Shown here one piece after another: positions 1-12,286 of a DNA stretch of 64,000 nt (positions within the stretch are counted from its first letter, which is position 1; each line of letters begins with the position of its first letter). Made by a program: the position numbers and the translations under genes. The DNA lies in the NCBI RefSeq assembly GCF_964355755.1, contig NC_092673.1, positions 6,510,001-6,574,000 on the forward strand. The letters are read 5' to 3'. This DNA is from Antedon mediterranea. Its lineage: Eukaryota; Animalia; Echinodermata. The notes under the pieces were generated by a model that was given only the letters and a program-made list of their open reading frames with translations, was not told the DNA's origin and ran no database searches.

Positions 1-1016
1 AGCTTAGTAATAAAGACACACTTTAATAGGTCGTTTTGCAGTTTTATAAAGTTATTGATTTAGAGTAAAACAAAAAAGTAAATTTATCCAAAACCTGTTT
101 GGAGGACAATTTGTTTTTGCTTTAAATTACAGTTTTTCAGGTAAATAAAAATATTCGGGAGGACCAGGGATTTGTCAATTTTAATTAGATGTTCGGCTGC
201 CCAAAACATCACACAACAGATTACTTTTTAGGTCTTAAAAGCAAAATGTTGGTATTTTGGGATTGTTACTTTTTTGTATGTTTTCATGTTTATTCCCGAG
301 TATTCTTTAAAAAACTTTGAAAGTTGGCTGCTGCCCTCTATCAAATTAAAATCACGATGTTTTTGTTTGTGTGTGAGACACAAGTGTCAGAAGGATCGGA
401 GAGTGCCCCAAGCAAAACAAAACAGTCACACAGACGGATCCGGGCCAGGCGGCTAGGTAGGGAATTTTCCTATTTGGGTAGGCCTACTATAGTAGGCCTA
501 GGATTTTAACGATAGAAAGTGCCGCTTATTAACGTTAATTAAAGTTAATGCATTTGAGTTTTTGGTTACTTTGTATCTCCCCCTCCCTATAGACTAGCTA
601 GTACTATATAGGGCCTAGAGGTCTACTGTTTAGTCAGGGAAAACAAGGAATATCTTATCGTGTTGTAGTGTAGAGATGTAGCCTAGGCCTAGTGTAGAGA
701 TGTATTGTAGTAGGCCTGCCCTACTAATACTACCTACGGTAGGCTAATTGCTTACCTACTTACTAGTCTAGGATAGACCTAACTAGACATACAAGGCGGC
801 TATCTGGGATAGCCTAAAGTAAGGAAGGCATAGTAAGCACGTCTATCATGCCTAACTAAAGTAAAACATTCAATCAAAAGAGCTGGACTTTTTGCAAAAA
901 GAAGCTTGACAGTATGTAGAGTACCATACCTTCATATAACGTTAATAAATAAATAAAATAAGCCTAGCCTAGGCCTAGGCCTAACCTTTGTTTTTTCTTC
1001 TAAGGCGTACATTATT

Positions 1017-4000
1017 ATGGCCGACATTGTTGTCGTTGGTGCAGGTATCTCTGGCCTAGTTTCATCATATTATATTTTAAAAAAGAATCCTGATGCCAAA
1101 ATTACCCTTCTTGAAGCTTCAGGTAAGTATATCATTCAACTGGCTAGTTTGTACGTAATTATGATGGACAAGTTCAATATTTGACTCTCTGTGACCCTAT
1201 ATATACAGTATGACATAAAGTTCTGTATATGGCCAAGAGAATTTTGAGGTTTTTGGGTGTTTGTAAATAAGGGGTCAGTCTAATTACAGAAAACAACCGA
1301 AAACAACCACAAACAACCGAAAAACAAAATAAAAAAATCTAAATACCGACAACAAATTTGTATAATATTTTGGTTAATGTCGCCCTCTATTGATGGGTGT
1401 TTCTAAGACCATACAGAGAGAAAACCGCGCGCGCAAAAGCCAAGGAAGACCCTACGAAATGGTAGTGTGCACAAAATACAACTCAAAATCGTACAAATTC
1501 AATGATATACACCGTAGACTACATTTAAGTCTTACAAAATATTTATTTATAACACATTTCGTTTTTAGTCTTTCGATTTTCAAAAACAAAGCATGATTTT
1601 ACCTAACTTTGCATTTTTGTCACTGAAGTTAATACTGAAGTGATTGAGAATAAAAACGTTACTCGACTACGGTAATTTTACTGAATAGATGTGAAATGTG
1701 AACTTGTTTTAAGTATACTTTATAGTCCCTAATATTATCAATATTCTTAAAATATCATTTTTGTATTATTATCTTTGAAAATCTATAATTAAATTGATCA
1801 TGATTAACCATAGTCAATTTACTTTCTATACTATGGATTAACGTAGTCACAATTATTGTGAGGAGTAAATGCGTTGGTTTCTGGATCAAAAATCGAAAGA
1901 CGAAAATTAAAATATTTTGATAGATTCTGTAAGTAAATGCGATGTTAACATTGATTGATTGTACGATTTTTAGTTGTATTTTGTGCACACTACCATTTCG
2001 TAGGGTCTTCCTTGGCTTTTGCACACGCGGTCTTCTCTCTGTCATGGTCTTAGCTCTAGAAACACCCATTAGTAGAGGGTGACATTAAAAATTCATATAT
2101 ACAAATTTGTTTTCGGTATTTAGATTATTTTATTTTGTTTTCGGTTTGTTTTCGGTTGTTTATGGTTGTTTTCGGTAATTAGACTGACCGTTTATAAGTA
2201 GTTGATCTGACGACCGCCAATATTTCTTCAAATGCAATACAACAACTCTTTATGTCTTCAAAGATTCAATATTGAAAGATCCAATCTAGGCCCTATGATA
2301 CTCTATGAATCATGATAGTCTATGATACTTTATTTCAACCTAAGAATACACATATTGTTAACAATGCAGGCCCACAAAATGAATGGCTAGTAGACCAATT
2401 GTTTTATTAGACCAATGTCTAATAAAACAATGTAAAAAATGTGCTTGTGATTCTAGGTACCTACAACTGTGATTTGTAGACATGATACAATGCTATCATT
2501 TTGTGATAAGTTGTTTAAACACAGTAGTTTGAACAATGGTATCTACACTGATTTATAAAATACATTTAGTATGTGTAGTGCCTAGCTTACCTTGATGAAC
2601 TAGCCTTGAACTTTATTGTACTGTAGGGGAAAACCATAGCTTGAAAACATTTTGTTTTAATACACTTCCTTTGAGAAAATTCTGCTTATTTTGAATAAAT
2701 ACACTTTTTGTATGCTTTGAATGCAATATCATTCACAACAAGATTGGACATTTTCAGAACGATAGGATACAGTATCTATTTACTTCTATCTAAAGCTCTT
2801 TCAAAAAATGCGATGTTCCCATATTAAATATAGACATGATGATGTCATATCACTACTATATTTGGGCATATCACTCCCATATTTGGCCACATTACACTTT
2901 TTTGTCAAACTAGTTTGCAGATCTTTAGTAGATATCATCAATGTCTATTATACTCTAAAAATAAAATAAAAATATTTCGAAAAAAAGTGGGTCATTTTGA
3001 AGTATCATAATAGTTATTAACTTTCACCAAAAATTAGATTAAATTAAATTAAACTAAAATACAGACGTTTTTTTGTCTTTGACTTCAAGTTTTTGATCAA
3101 AACATAATATCTAATAATGCAACGCGCTTGTTTGGCTACTCTGTATGCATAATCATAAAAATTCCTCGCGATATGTGTGAAAACACCTTCTCAACCGTGA
3201 CGAGTTGTAAACAATCCTAATTAGCATCATGCATAATGCATAATCGTGGTTTGAAATCTTTGTTTACTTTCGCTCGCGACGATCTTCCAGAGAAATGCAA
3301 ATTAATTTACCTGTTAATTACGTAAACTTGTTGTTTTCGGCTCGAATTTTCGACTTAAAGCTCAGGTACAGGCATGAATTTTAAATATAATATTTTGTTA
3401 ATTGTACATAAATCAAATATTTGTAACAGAAATCGAGACGAAAAAACATGAATTTCCCTTAATATGGTCAAATACAAAATTTGGCAAAATTCTCCCTAGA
3501 CGTTGAAAAAAGATGGTGGACGGTGGATAATTTTTGCTATAGCATGAAAATAAAAATCTGAAGTTGAATAAAAATATCAGAAATGTAATATTCAAGTTAT
3601 ATTACCTATATTTAGTCATCTGATAACATTTTTTACCACACCATTTATTTTTCATAGCTTTTTAAAATGCCTCTCTATTTACAAAATTTGTGTACAAAAG
3701 AATAGAGATTTTACTGTGTAATTTGAACTATCCCCCCCACTGATAAGAAAGTGCTTATTTTCAACTAGCTCGTGTAACACAAATAAAATCCCAAAAATTA
3801 TGAAACATAGGGGAAACTATAGATCGATAATTATTGGAATGTATGATCAATAGAAATTTTTTGCCCGCACCTGGCCTTTAAAGTGAATAACTAATATTAC
3901 TTTGATATGGCCAATTTAAATTTAGAATTTTTTTTTTCATTTTTTGTGTTTCAAGGGACAATACATCTTTAAAAAGATTGTATTAATTTCTTTTATCATA

Positions 4001-5683
4001 TTTTACATTAACAATGCTTTTTCTAATGGTGAAAGAAATGCCTTTTTAGTAACATATACAGTAATATTATGATTTTTTAATTGATATTTTATAAAAGGAA
4101 TTTTAATAACAACTTTTTAGTTTTTTTATAGATCGTGCAGGTGGACAGATTTTGTCGGTGAACCTTAAAGCAGCGTCTGGTACAGATACATACGATGTTG
4201 GGGGCGCTTTTGTTCAAAAGTTTGTAAAACAGTTTTATATTCTAATTTTCATAAAAATAATGGATAAAAATAATTTAAACTAGATTTAATTCGTCACTAT
4301 GACGAATTATAGGTTATATGCATTGATTTAAATAAAGATAATAGATTTTTAAAAGATATATTGATTGATTGATTTTCTCAGAATCTTTAATTATTTATAA
4401 TATATGATAGGACCTTGCTAACGCGAACACCATAGCCGGTATCACAATCCGATCAAAGATCCATATGCGTATAATGTCATAAACCACATTTGTTGTTACG
4501 TAATAATAAAGACATAAGTTAATTTTTATCTAGATTTCATTATAAATCATGTGTATAATCTATACACTAAGAAATAAATTTGAACAAACAATACGGATAA
4601 TAAAAAAAAATCTTATTTCGTTTCCCGAGGTGAGACTCGATCTCGGTACCTTGAATGCCATAGACACGAGCACAGACCACCGAGCCGTACACAACTGACT
4701 AAAAGTTGTAGAAAAATTCCTCGGTGTATTTACTATGCAGTAACCACTTTGATGCAAATAGATTATTACATACCGAAATGAATTATAATTTTTTACTATG
4801 ATGACATCTTTAAAATGTATACAAATGATGCACTGTCAAACTACATACTTTTAACTTTAATATATGAATTTTTGAAGGAAGAAAGTTAATGTTAAGTTTG
4901 TTATTTTGGCCTAAGAAAATGTCATAATTTGTTTGATTGTCGAAATTATTTTTTTAAAATTTAATATGCAATTAATGATGACTTAATCAACTTTTGTTCT
5001 CTTTATTTGATAATAAATCATACATATGATACATACACTTCAAGAAAATGAAATAAAAAATAGGTGTTCCCCTGCATTCTGACGATATATATTAATTTTT
5101 AAATTTAGCATATTTTCACCATTTTGTTAACTTATACGTGCGTAGCCAGTCACTTTTGACGTGCTCGTATAACGCAATTTCGTGTTGAAACCTGAATCAA
5201 ATATGATGATATTATTAAAGAAAGATTGTAAAACAGAAATCAGGCAAAAAGAGTGCGCACTAACGTTTAACGCGCAGTGCGCGTGCAAAAATCTGCGCAC
5301 TCATGGCAATTTTTTAAACGCTTAAAATTGCCTGAAACGTACTCTAATTTCATCGAAAATAAATTTTGACAATTTTGAACATTTTAAGCGCGCGTACGCA
5401 AGCGTTATATGCGCTACGCACGTAATTTTATTGCCATATGATGAAATATGACCTGAAATTTATGAGTACCAAATTTTGTTTAATTGTGATTCATGCTTGT
5501 GAAGATATGATTACAAACGTGATTTCGTAAAATCGCGCGTAGACCGCGTAATTTTTGATTATGCATCGTGAAAATATAACCACATCGATTCCTGGCCATG
5601 AGGAATATACTCTGAAAACTTGACTTAGCTAGATTAAACTGATGCCAAGATAATGCACGGACAAAATAGTGCTAAGGAAAGAA

Positions 5684-5718
<35 letters not shown>

Positions 5719-8700
5719 AGATTTTGACAGAATCAAGAGGTTATATGCATATCATGCATATAACCTAATGATATTGATAATTAATAAAGAATGTTTTATA
5801 GATGGAATTTAGTGGGTTGTGGATTGTCTCCTGACCCTCTCCAATACATTTAGCGTACAGTATGCAATTAATTTACTGTATAAAGGGTCTTTCGGGCAAT
5901 GTTAAAATCAAATCTCCACGCTGTTATGCGCCAATCGCTCTCCGCGTGAAAACGAAACATTGACGTCCGATTTGATTTGCCAGCGTCAAATCTGAATCGT
6001 GCCGAAACAAGTGTGAAAGACCCTTAACTCATTATTGATGGTATACTTCATTTTAGTCGCGTGCATCGCAACTCTACAGCTCACTATGTCGGTCGGTTGG
6101 TTGGTCGGTCGGTAAAAATTAACTTGAGCACGCGACTGCAGCCATGTATATGGCCTTTTTTCAGGTGATCACATATATTATGTTTACAATTTAGTTTTTC
6201 TCTATGTAATTAATTAATAATAATTACAGGAAGTTATATTGTTCTGTAATATCCTCACAGATATGTACACTTTTAATGAACAAATTTGAACTTTATTGAA
6301 ATATAATTTACATAATTATTTTCTTGCAGAGCCCAAAAAGATTTGATGTCGTTACTGAAAGAGTTTGAAATAGAGACATATCCACAGCCAAAGGGCAAAC
6401 GCATCACACAGCTTGGAGATGGAACTATCAAACCATACTCAGGTTCTATTCCGCCGTTACCTTGGTCGTCACTCATCGACCTGCATAGGTTTATGTCTAA
6501 GGTATGACAACTATCACTTCATTCTATATATATGCCTGTCTGTGTATGCCTGTCTGTGTATGCCTGTCTGTGTATGCCTGTCCGTGTATGCCTGTCCGTG
6601 TATGCCTGTCCGTGTATGCCTGTCCGTGTATGCCTGTCCGTGTATGCCTGTCCGTGTATGCCTGTCCGTGTATGCCTGTCCGTGTATGCCTGTCCGTGTA
6701 TGCCTGTCCGTGTATGCCTGTCCGTGTATGCCTGTCCGTGTATGCCTGTCCGTGTATGCCTGTCCGTGTATGCCTGTCCGTGTATGCCTGTCCGTGTATG
6801 CCTGTCCGTGTATGCCTGTCCGTGTATGCCTGTCCGTGTATGCCTGTCCGTGTATGCCTGTCCGTGTATGCCTGTCCGTGTATGCCTGTCCGTGTATGCC
6901 TGTCCGTGTATGCCTGTCCGTGTATGCCTGTCCGTGTATGCCTGTCCGTGTATGCCTGTCCGTGTATGCCTGTCCGTGTATGCCTGTCCGTGTATGCCTG
7001 TCCGTGTATGCCTGTCCGTGTATGCCTGTCCGTGTATGCCTGTCTATATATGCCTGTCTATGCCACAAAAACCAGTTTTATTTTTCTGCTGCATTGTGCT
7101 CACCGAAAAAATGGTAATCTTTCATTCAAAATACTTGACACTTTTAAGTGGCCAAATTTTTTTCTTGCATTTTCCATATGCAATTTTGATAAAAAGCGTG
7201 TACAATTTTAATAAAAACTGTGTCAATGAATAGATGAACTTCCAGATCTTTCTGGGTCTCTCAGACTATCAAGTCTCCCAATATTTTGAGTCATCCTTCT
7301 GTCTGCCTGTGGCTAAAGGCAAATTTTTCCGTTTTTTTGAGTGGCCCAAAATTTGTTTTTATATCTGGTTTTCCGAATGCAATTTGAATAGTAATTTACA
7401 GTGTTAATGAATTGATAAACTTCCAGATCTTTCAGGGTTTCTATGACCACCCAAGTCTCCCAATATTTGGAGTTAATATCCTTCTGACATAAAGGTCAGT
7501 TTTTCCATTTTTCTTTAAATATGGAGACAAGGAATTTGTATGATTTATTTGTCAGGAATTTGTATGATTTATTTCTTTTTTCTTTTTCTATAAAAATCTT
7601 ATTATTATTATTATTATTATTATAAATCTCCTGATAATTACATTAGTTTGGGTTCTACTAGTTTCCTAGTTTGAAAAATGCATTTTGCAAACTCAATTTT
7701 CTTTCAACAGATAATGGCTATTAAATGCAACTTTTTTTTTTAGCTTGAGGGTTCTGCCAAGAAGATGAATCTGACCAATCCCAGTGAGAGTACTAAGGCT
7801 GATGAACTTGACAAGACAAGTGTGGATGAATTCAAACTAAAAACACTTTGGACACAAGGTAATACAACACTGTATAATACATTTTAAATACACTATATGA
7901 CCCCTCTTTTGGGACACCCTATTCAGGGGACACCCCTATTATGGTTAAAAGGGGTTGTACTCTTTTGTCTTTAATTTTAAACATTATAATTGCCCAGCTA
8001 CTGACATTATAAACTGCCTAAAATTATATGGTAGGCCTTAAAACAATGGAAATAAAAATCCAAGCATTTAAACCAGGAGTGCTATACCAATACAGTAAAT
8101 CTGTCCTTCTACCAGTATTTCTCTTTTTACAACATAGCTGCAAAGGATATGGCTGATACGCTTGCTGGATCCGTTCTACGTGTTGACCCTAAGAATATTT
8201 CTGTGTTATACTATGAGTATATACTGGGTTCCACTGGTGGATGGGATGGATTATTAGGTTCTTCTAAAGATGGTCTTCACAGAATTAAGGTAACTATGTT
8301 CAGATCAGTTTCTGTAAATTACACACTTGCATATAACGCAAGCTTCTGTTTGGATATACAGCACGATAAATTGGTATTAACCCACCCCGAGATAGATATC
8401 AGCTCAATATTGAGTATAAGTTGACATTTGGGTAAAGACCTCATATGCTATAACATGGACAGGGGCTGAATTTGGTGTAAAAAAAATGATTAATGAGGCA
8501 TACTTGCTACATTACTATGTGTATAAAAACTTCACAATGAATAGAAATGTTTCTGTAAATAAATGATTTTGATTATGTTTAGGGTGGTGCAGAGAAAATA
8601 GTAAATGCTCTTGTAGAGGCTATAGGAAAGAAAAACATAAAATTCAACTCAAAGGTCACGTCTATAAAGCATACAAACGAAGGAGGAGATGGACTTGTTA

Positions 8701-11572
8701 GCGTAGAGGTATCGTCTGGTGAAACATACACTGCCAAGAAAGTGATAGTTACCGAAGGAAGGGGTAGGTGATGGGTGTGTGTATCTTTCAAAAGATGAAT
8801 TTTTAGAGGGTAAATCATTCAATCTTTCATTCGGAATCTCTTGTCCATAGAAAGTAAAAATTACATATAAATGAAATAAAATAAACAAGACTAATTACTA
8901 CTACTCATCTCAGGATGACATTTCACCTGGAGATAATAAAATGTCAGTTAACCCTGTCTGTTGGTCCTTTTTAGTGAACAAAGTTTACTGTAAACTTGTG
9001 TTCTATCCAGGGTAACTGTCATGGAGTGTGGAAGTAACTTTGCTCAAATAAATGAAAATTAATAAATAATATCAACCCAAATTATCATTCATAAATGTAG
9101 ATGCTACCTACAATCCCTCAGCCCAAATAGTTTGTAACCATGACAATTTCATCCATCAAAATGCTACATAATTTTGTTCTATTTCTTTGTATTTTAAAAA
9201 TAGTGTTGGATTTTTATTTAAAGGGTTATTTTTTTGAAATTCTAAAAAAATAAGTATTTAATCGTCCAATAAGATCTACAAAGCTATTTATTATTGGTTT
9301 CTTTTATTTTGATTGTATCTTTTATAGACGAAATAGAATTTGTACCGTCAGCGCCAGTATTTCCTCCGTTATTACCCATCGCAAACACAATTTCCTTTGT
9401 GATCACATTTGCAAAGGTATTGTATGTTATATATTTTTACTATTTTTATAAAGATAACTAATATTATTATTATAAACATCTCTATATACTGTAAAAACTT
9501 TCAATGTTTATATTTTTTTTCAGGCATTTTGGAGAGATAAAGGATATTCTGGAGAGGTACTTAGTATTGCAGGAACCATGCAACATCTTACTGGAGAGGG
9601 AGAGTGGAGTGCCACAGCGATATTTGATGCTACATCATCTGATGGCAATCCAGCATTAAGTGGAGTGCTCAATCCAGGTCCAATGGGAGACAAAACTGTA
9701 AGAATAATTATAAAGAAGTGATAGAGATTTTATGGCAAAGTGTCTTTAAATGGCAAAGTGTCTTTAAATGGCAAAGTGCCCTCAAATGGCAAAGTGCCCT
9801 CAAATGGCAAAGTGCCCTCAAATGGCAAAGTGCCCTCAAATGGCAAAGTGCCCTCAAATGGCAAAGTGCCCTCAAAATGACATAGTGCTCTCAATTGGCA
9901 GAGTGCCCTCATACGACAAAGTTCCGTAAAATGGCAAAGTGCCATCAAATGGTAAAGTGTCCTTATGGCAAAGTGTTCTCAAATGGTGAAATTCCCTCAA
10001 ATGCCAATGTGGACTCAATTGGTTAAAATGCCTTCAAATGGCAAATAGCAGATTTGTAAAGTGTTATGCTACAGTAGGTGAAATGTTCTTTTGATGACAT
10101 TTTAAAGGAAATCTTGGAGAGTAATTCCATGTTGAAATTTGTACTTGATGGTGTTTATTTTATTCCTTGGAGAACTGTATGTGGCTTTCTTTCTTATTAA
10201 ACATTTAGTGGAAGAGAGTTTGTATTTGTTTTACAGTCTGAAGACCGAAAATCGGAGGTTTTGAAATTGTTGGCGAAATACTTCCCTATGGAAAATGTTG
10301 ATGTTCTGGATTATGCTGATCATGTAAGGAAGTAACGATTTGTAATTGTCTGAATGTGAGCTAATATTATCTTAAATGTTGACGCAGAAAAGAGCATTTA
10401 TAGACGGCACACACTACAGGTTGCTTTTCAAAGTAGATCAGTCAACTACCTCATGTCAACTACCTCATGTTACAAAAAGCTGAATGTTCAATAGTGCTGT
10501 TCATCGTTCATTAGTGTAAAATAATGAACAGAACATGATGCATAATCAACCAATCAAATGGCAAGGATACACTTAGGCGTATTATAATATGAATGTTTAT
10601 TTTTATTAGTTTTGTTAGTGCCAGTATTCAATTTATATGTCATTGTTTTTTAGGCTTGGGGTGGACCATGGAAGTATGGAGACAAACTGCTAACTGCATC
10701 TTCATTGGATGATAGAAGAAAACCCTTCCACAGGTAATGTATCATTCATATACACACTAGGCTTAATTTTCACTGCACTCATCAAAAATAATCTTCACAA
10801 TTAATAAAACAGTAGTCATTGCATTACATTGACCTGTTAATAGTCAATATCTGCACATACAAACAAAACTCACTCATGCACGCACAAGTTTATCATGTGA
10901 ACATCCTGGTAATTTTTCATGACTGGAAAACATGCAGGTCGCATCGCAAGTTTCCCCGAGTTGGTCTTGCCAAGCATGTAGCCAGGATTTTTACAGGAGG
11001 GTTAATTTTTTTCACAAAAGAGCAAAATCATCTGCTGTTCGTCTCTAGTTTGAAAAAGGAACTTCACTCCAACCCCACCCACCCTCCCCCTTCCAATTGC
11101 TTGGTCATTTGATTTAATTAAAGGTCAAAGGGTCAATCTATCAAGTAGATGCATCCAAGGTGATTTCTATCCACTTTTTGTTGGGCTGTTAAGCATTCAA
11201 ATTGCCACTCCTTTAGCCATCCTTTTGTCTGGACTGAAATGTGCCAGAACATGAGGAATGCCTTGAACCTGTGCCGATATGGCTATGGTTTGTGTCTTAA
11301 ACTGCTTAGCCACTCAACTCAATACAACGCCTCCAAATATTTGCTTTTCACTGCTTTGGTCTCGATGTCTGTGATTACCACCTATCTAATAAGACAGAAA
11401 ATATTTTACTATTAGTAATCCATGTGCCCAAAGACAGCTGTGAGATTTCTGTTCATTTTCTTTTAGTGTTCACTGGGCTGATAGACATACAGCAATGGAA
11501 TGGTACAATACTATAGGGGGCGCTGTTCAGGTTGGATATCGGGCAGCAAACGAAGTGCTTGATTGTATGTAA
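1017..11572 (+). CDS. Flavin-containing amine oxidase (monoamine oxidase-like), 11 coding exons, 449 aa
   Basis: Exons 1017-1122, 4132-4219, 6330-6501, 7744-7858, 8138-8289, 8583-8763, 9328-9416, 9524-9697, 10237-10323, 10654-10733, 11467-11572. All introns GT-AG and phase-compatible; total 1350 nt ending in TAA. Translation has the Rossmann motif DIVVVGAGISGL..LLEASDRAGG, then YDVGGAFV, GGAEKIVNALVE, AFWRDKGYSGEV and C-terminal GAVQVGYRAANEVL, typical of the MAO family. Confidence 0.9.
1273..2189. mobile_element. Foldback/MITE-like non-autonomous DNA transposon in MAO intron 1
   Basis: Ends GGTCAGTCTAATTAC / GTAATTAGACTGACC. Arms stay complementary for about 300 bp (e.g. CCAAGGAAGACCCTACGAAATGGTAGTGTGCACAAAATACAAC near 1440 is mirrored near 1975-2015). 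TSD not clean. Confidence 0.8.
3359..3877. mobile_element. TTAA-flanked non-autonomous element (Kolobok-like)
   Basis: TTAA on both sides; imperfect TIR AGCTCAGGTACAGGCA vs AGGCCAGGTGCGGGCA (12/16). Just downstream (to ~3971) is an end of the AGATGTATTGTCCC family, suggesting nesting. Confidence 0.55.
4279..5768. mobile_element. Helentron/DINE-1-like non-autonomous element
   Basis: One end has the palindrome AATTCGTCA-CTA-TGACGAATT followed by AGGTTATATGCA. The other end has a (TAAA)n microsatellite and the hairpin AGGTTATATGCA-TATCA-TGCATATAACCT, which reuses the same 12-mer (subTIR). No TSD. Confidence 0.6.
5884..6023. mobile_element. Short MITE
   Basis: TIR AGGGTCTTTC / GAAAGACCCT with TAA-like flanks. 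Confidence 0.5.
6051..6160 (+). mobile_element. Short DINE-1/HINE (Helentron-associated) element
   Basis: TTTTAGTCGCGTGC ... (GGTC/GGTT)n microsatellite ... inverted copy GCACGCGACT, then stem-loop GCCATGTATATGGC and a T run: the subTIR + microsatellite + 3' hairpin layout. Confidence 0.6.
6530..7062. repeat. 14-bp minisatellite (GTGTATGCCTGTCC)n, about 37 copies
   Basis: Near-perfect tandem array starting about 30 bp after the MAO exon 3 donor. It accounts for the repetitive ORFs at 6413-7233. Confidence 0.97.
9731..10045. repeat. 18-bp minisatellite (AAATGGCAAAGTGCCCTC)n
   Basis: Several near-perfect copies then degenerate ones, in MAO intron 8. Confidence 0.9.
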
Positions 11573-11886
11573 ATACAATTTGAAATATTGTGGCACTGTA
11601 GTTGAGCATTTAAAAATCCTTCGTTATACCAATCCCAGTGTCATTGGTTCTAATCTTTGTTTTACCACAGCGGCTTTAATAATTATGCTAAATTAATTAA
11701 AGTTTTTTAATTTTTATACCAAAACTAGATAACGCTAAATTTTAAATAAATAATATTTTTCTATAATGATTAGAAAGCTAAGTTATCTAATAATATTCAA
11801 ACTAATTAATTTTTGTTATTATAGTACTGTATACTATTGTTTGTATACTATATTTTTTGTATTGGTAATAAATATATACAATATTT

Positions 11887-12286
11887 GGATGCTTTCACAT
11901 CTCACCATTTGGTACCCTGAAAAAAATATCATGGAAAATGGTTTCAGTGGCAAAGTTCAGGCCAAATTCATACGATTCGAATTGGCTTCCGAATTCGGTG
12001 CGATGGATCAAGAAGCCATTTGGTTGCTGAAATCGTACTATTGCAATCACATATGAGTATGAATGATCTCGATTAACAACGAATAACCAAATTCGTGCTG
12101 GATGTGAAAGTTCACTCAATGCTCGGAATATTTTCCTCAGGGCGCCAGATCGAATCTGGGCGCCAGATCGAATCTGGGCGCCAGATCGAATCTGGGCGCC
12201 AGATCGAATCTGGGCGCCAGATCGAATCTGGGCGCCAGATCGAATTTAGGCGCCAGATCGAATCTAGGCGCGATGTGAAAGCAGCT
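11887..12286. mobile_element. MITE (PIF/Harbinger-like ends) carrying an internal 18-bp array (GGGCGCCAGATCGAATCT) x about 7
   Basis: TIR core GCTTTCACATC (11891) / GATGTGAAAGC (12272-12282); array at about 12140-12271. Confidence 0.6.

Noticed and set aside
920-940. Minus-strand ATGAAG|GTATGG suggesting a head-to-head gene micro-exon
   Set aside because: Only 12 nt of signal, about 80 bp from the MAO ATG, and no downstream exon is identifiable within the window.
6413-7233. Four long ORFs (184-235 aa) with Cys-rich or His-rich repeats
   Set aside because: They are translations of the stop-free 14-bp minisatellite in an MAO intron.
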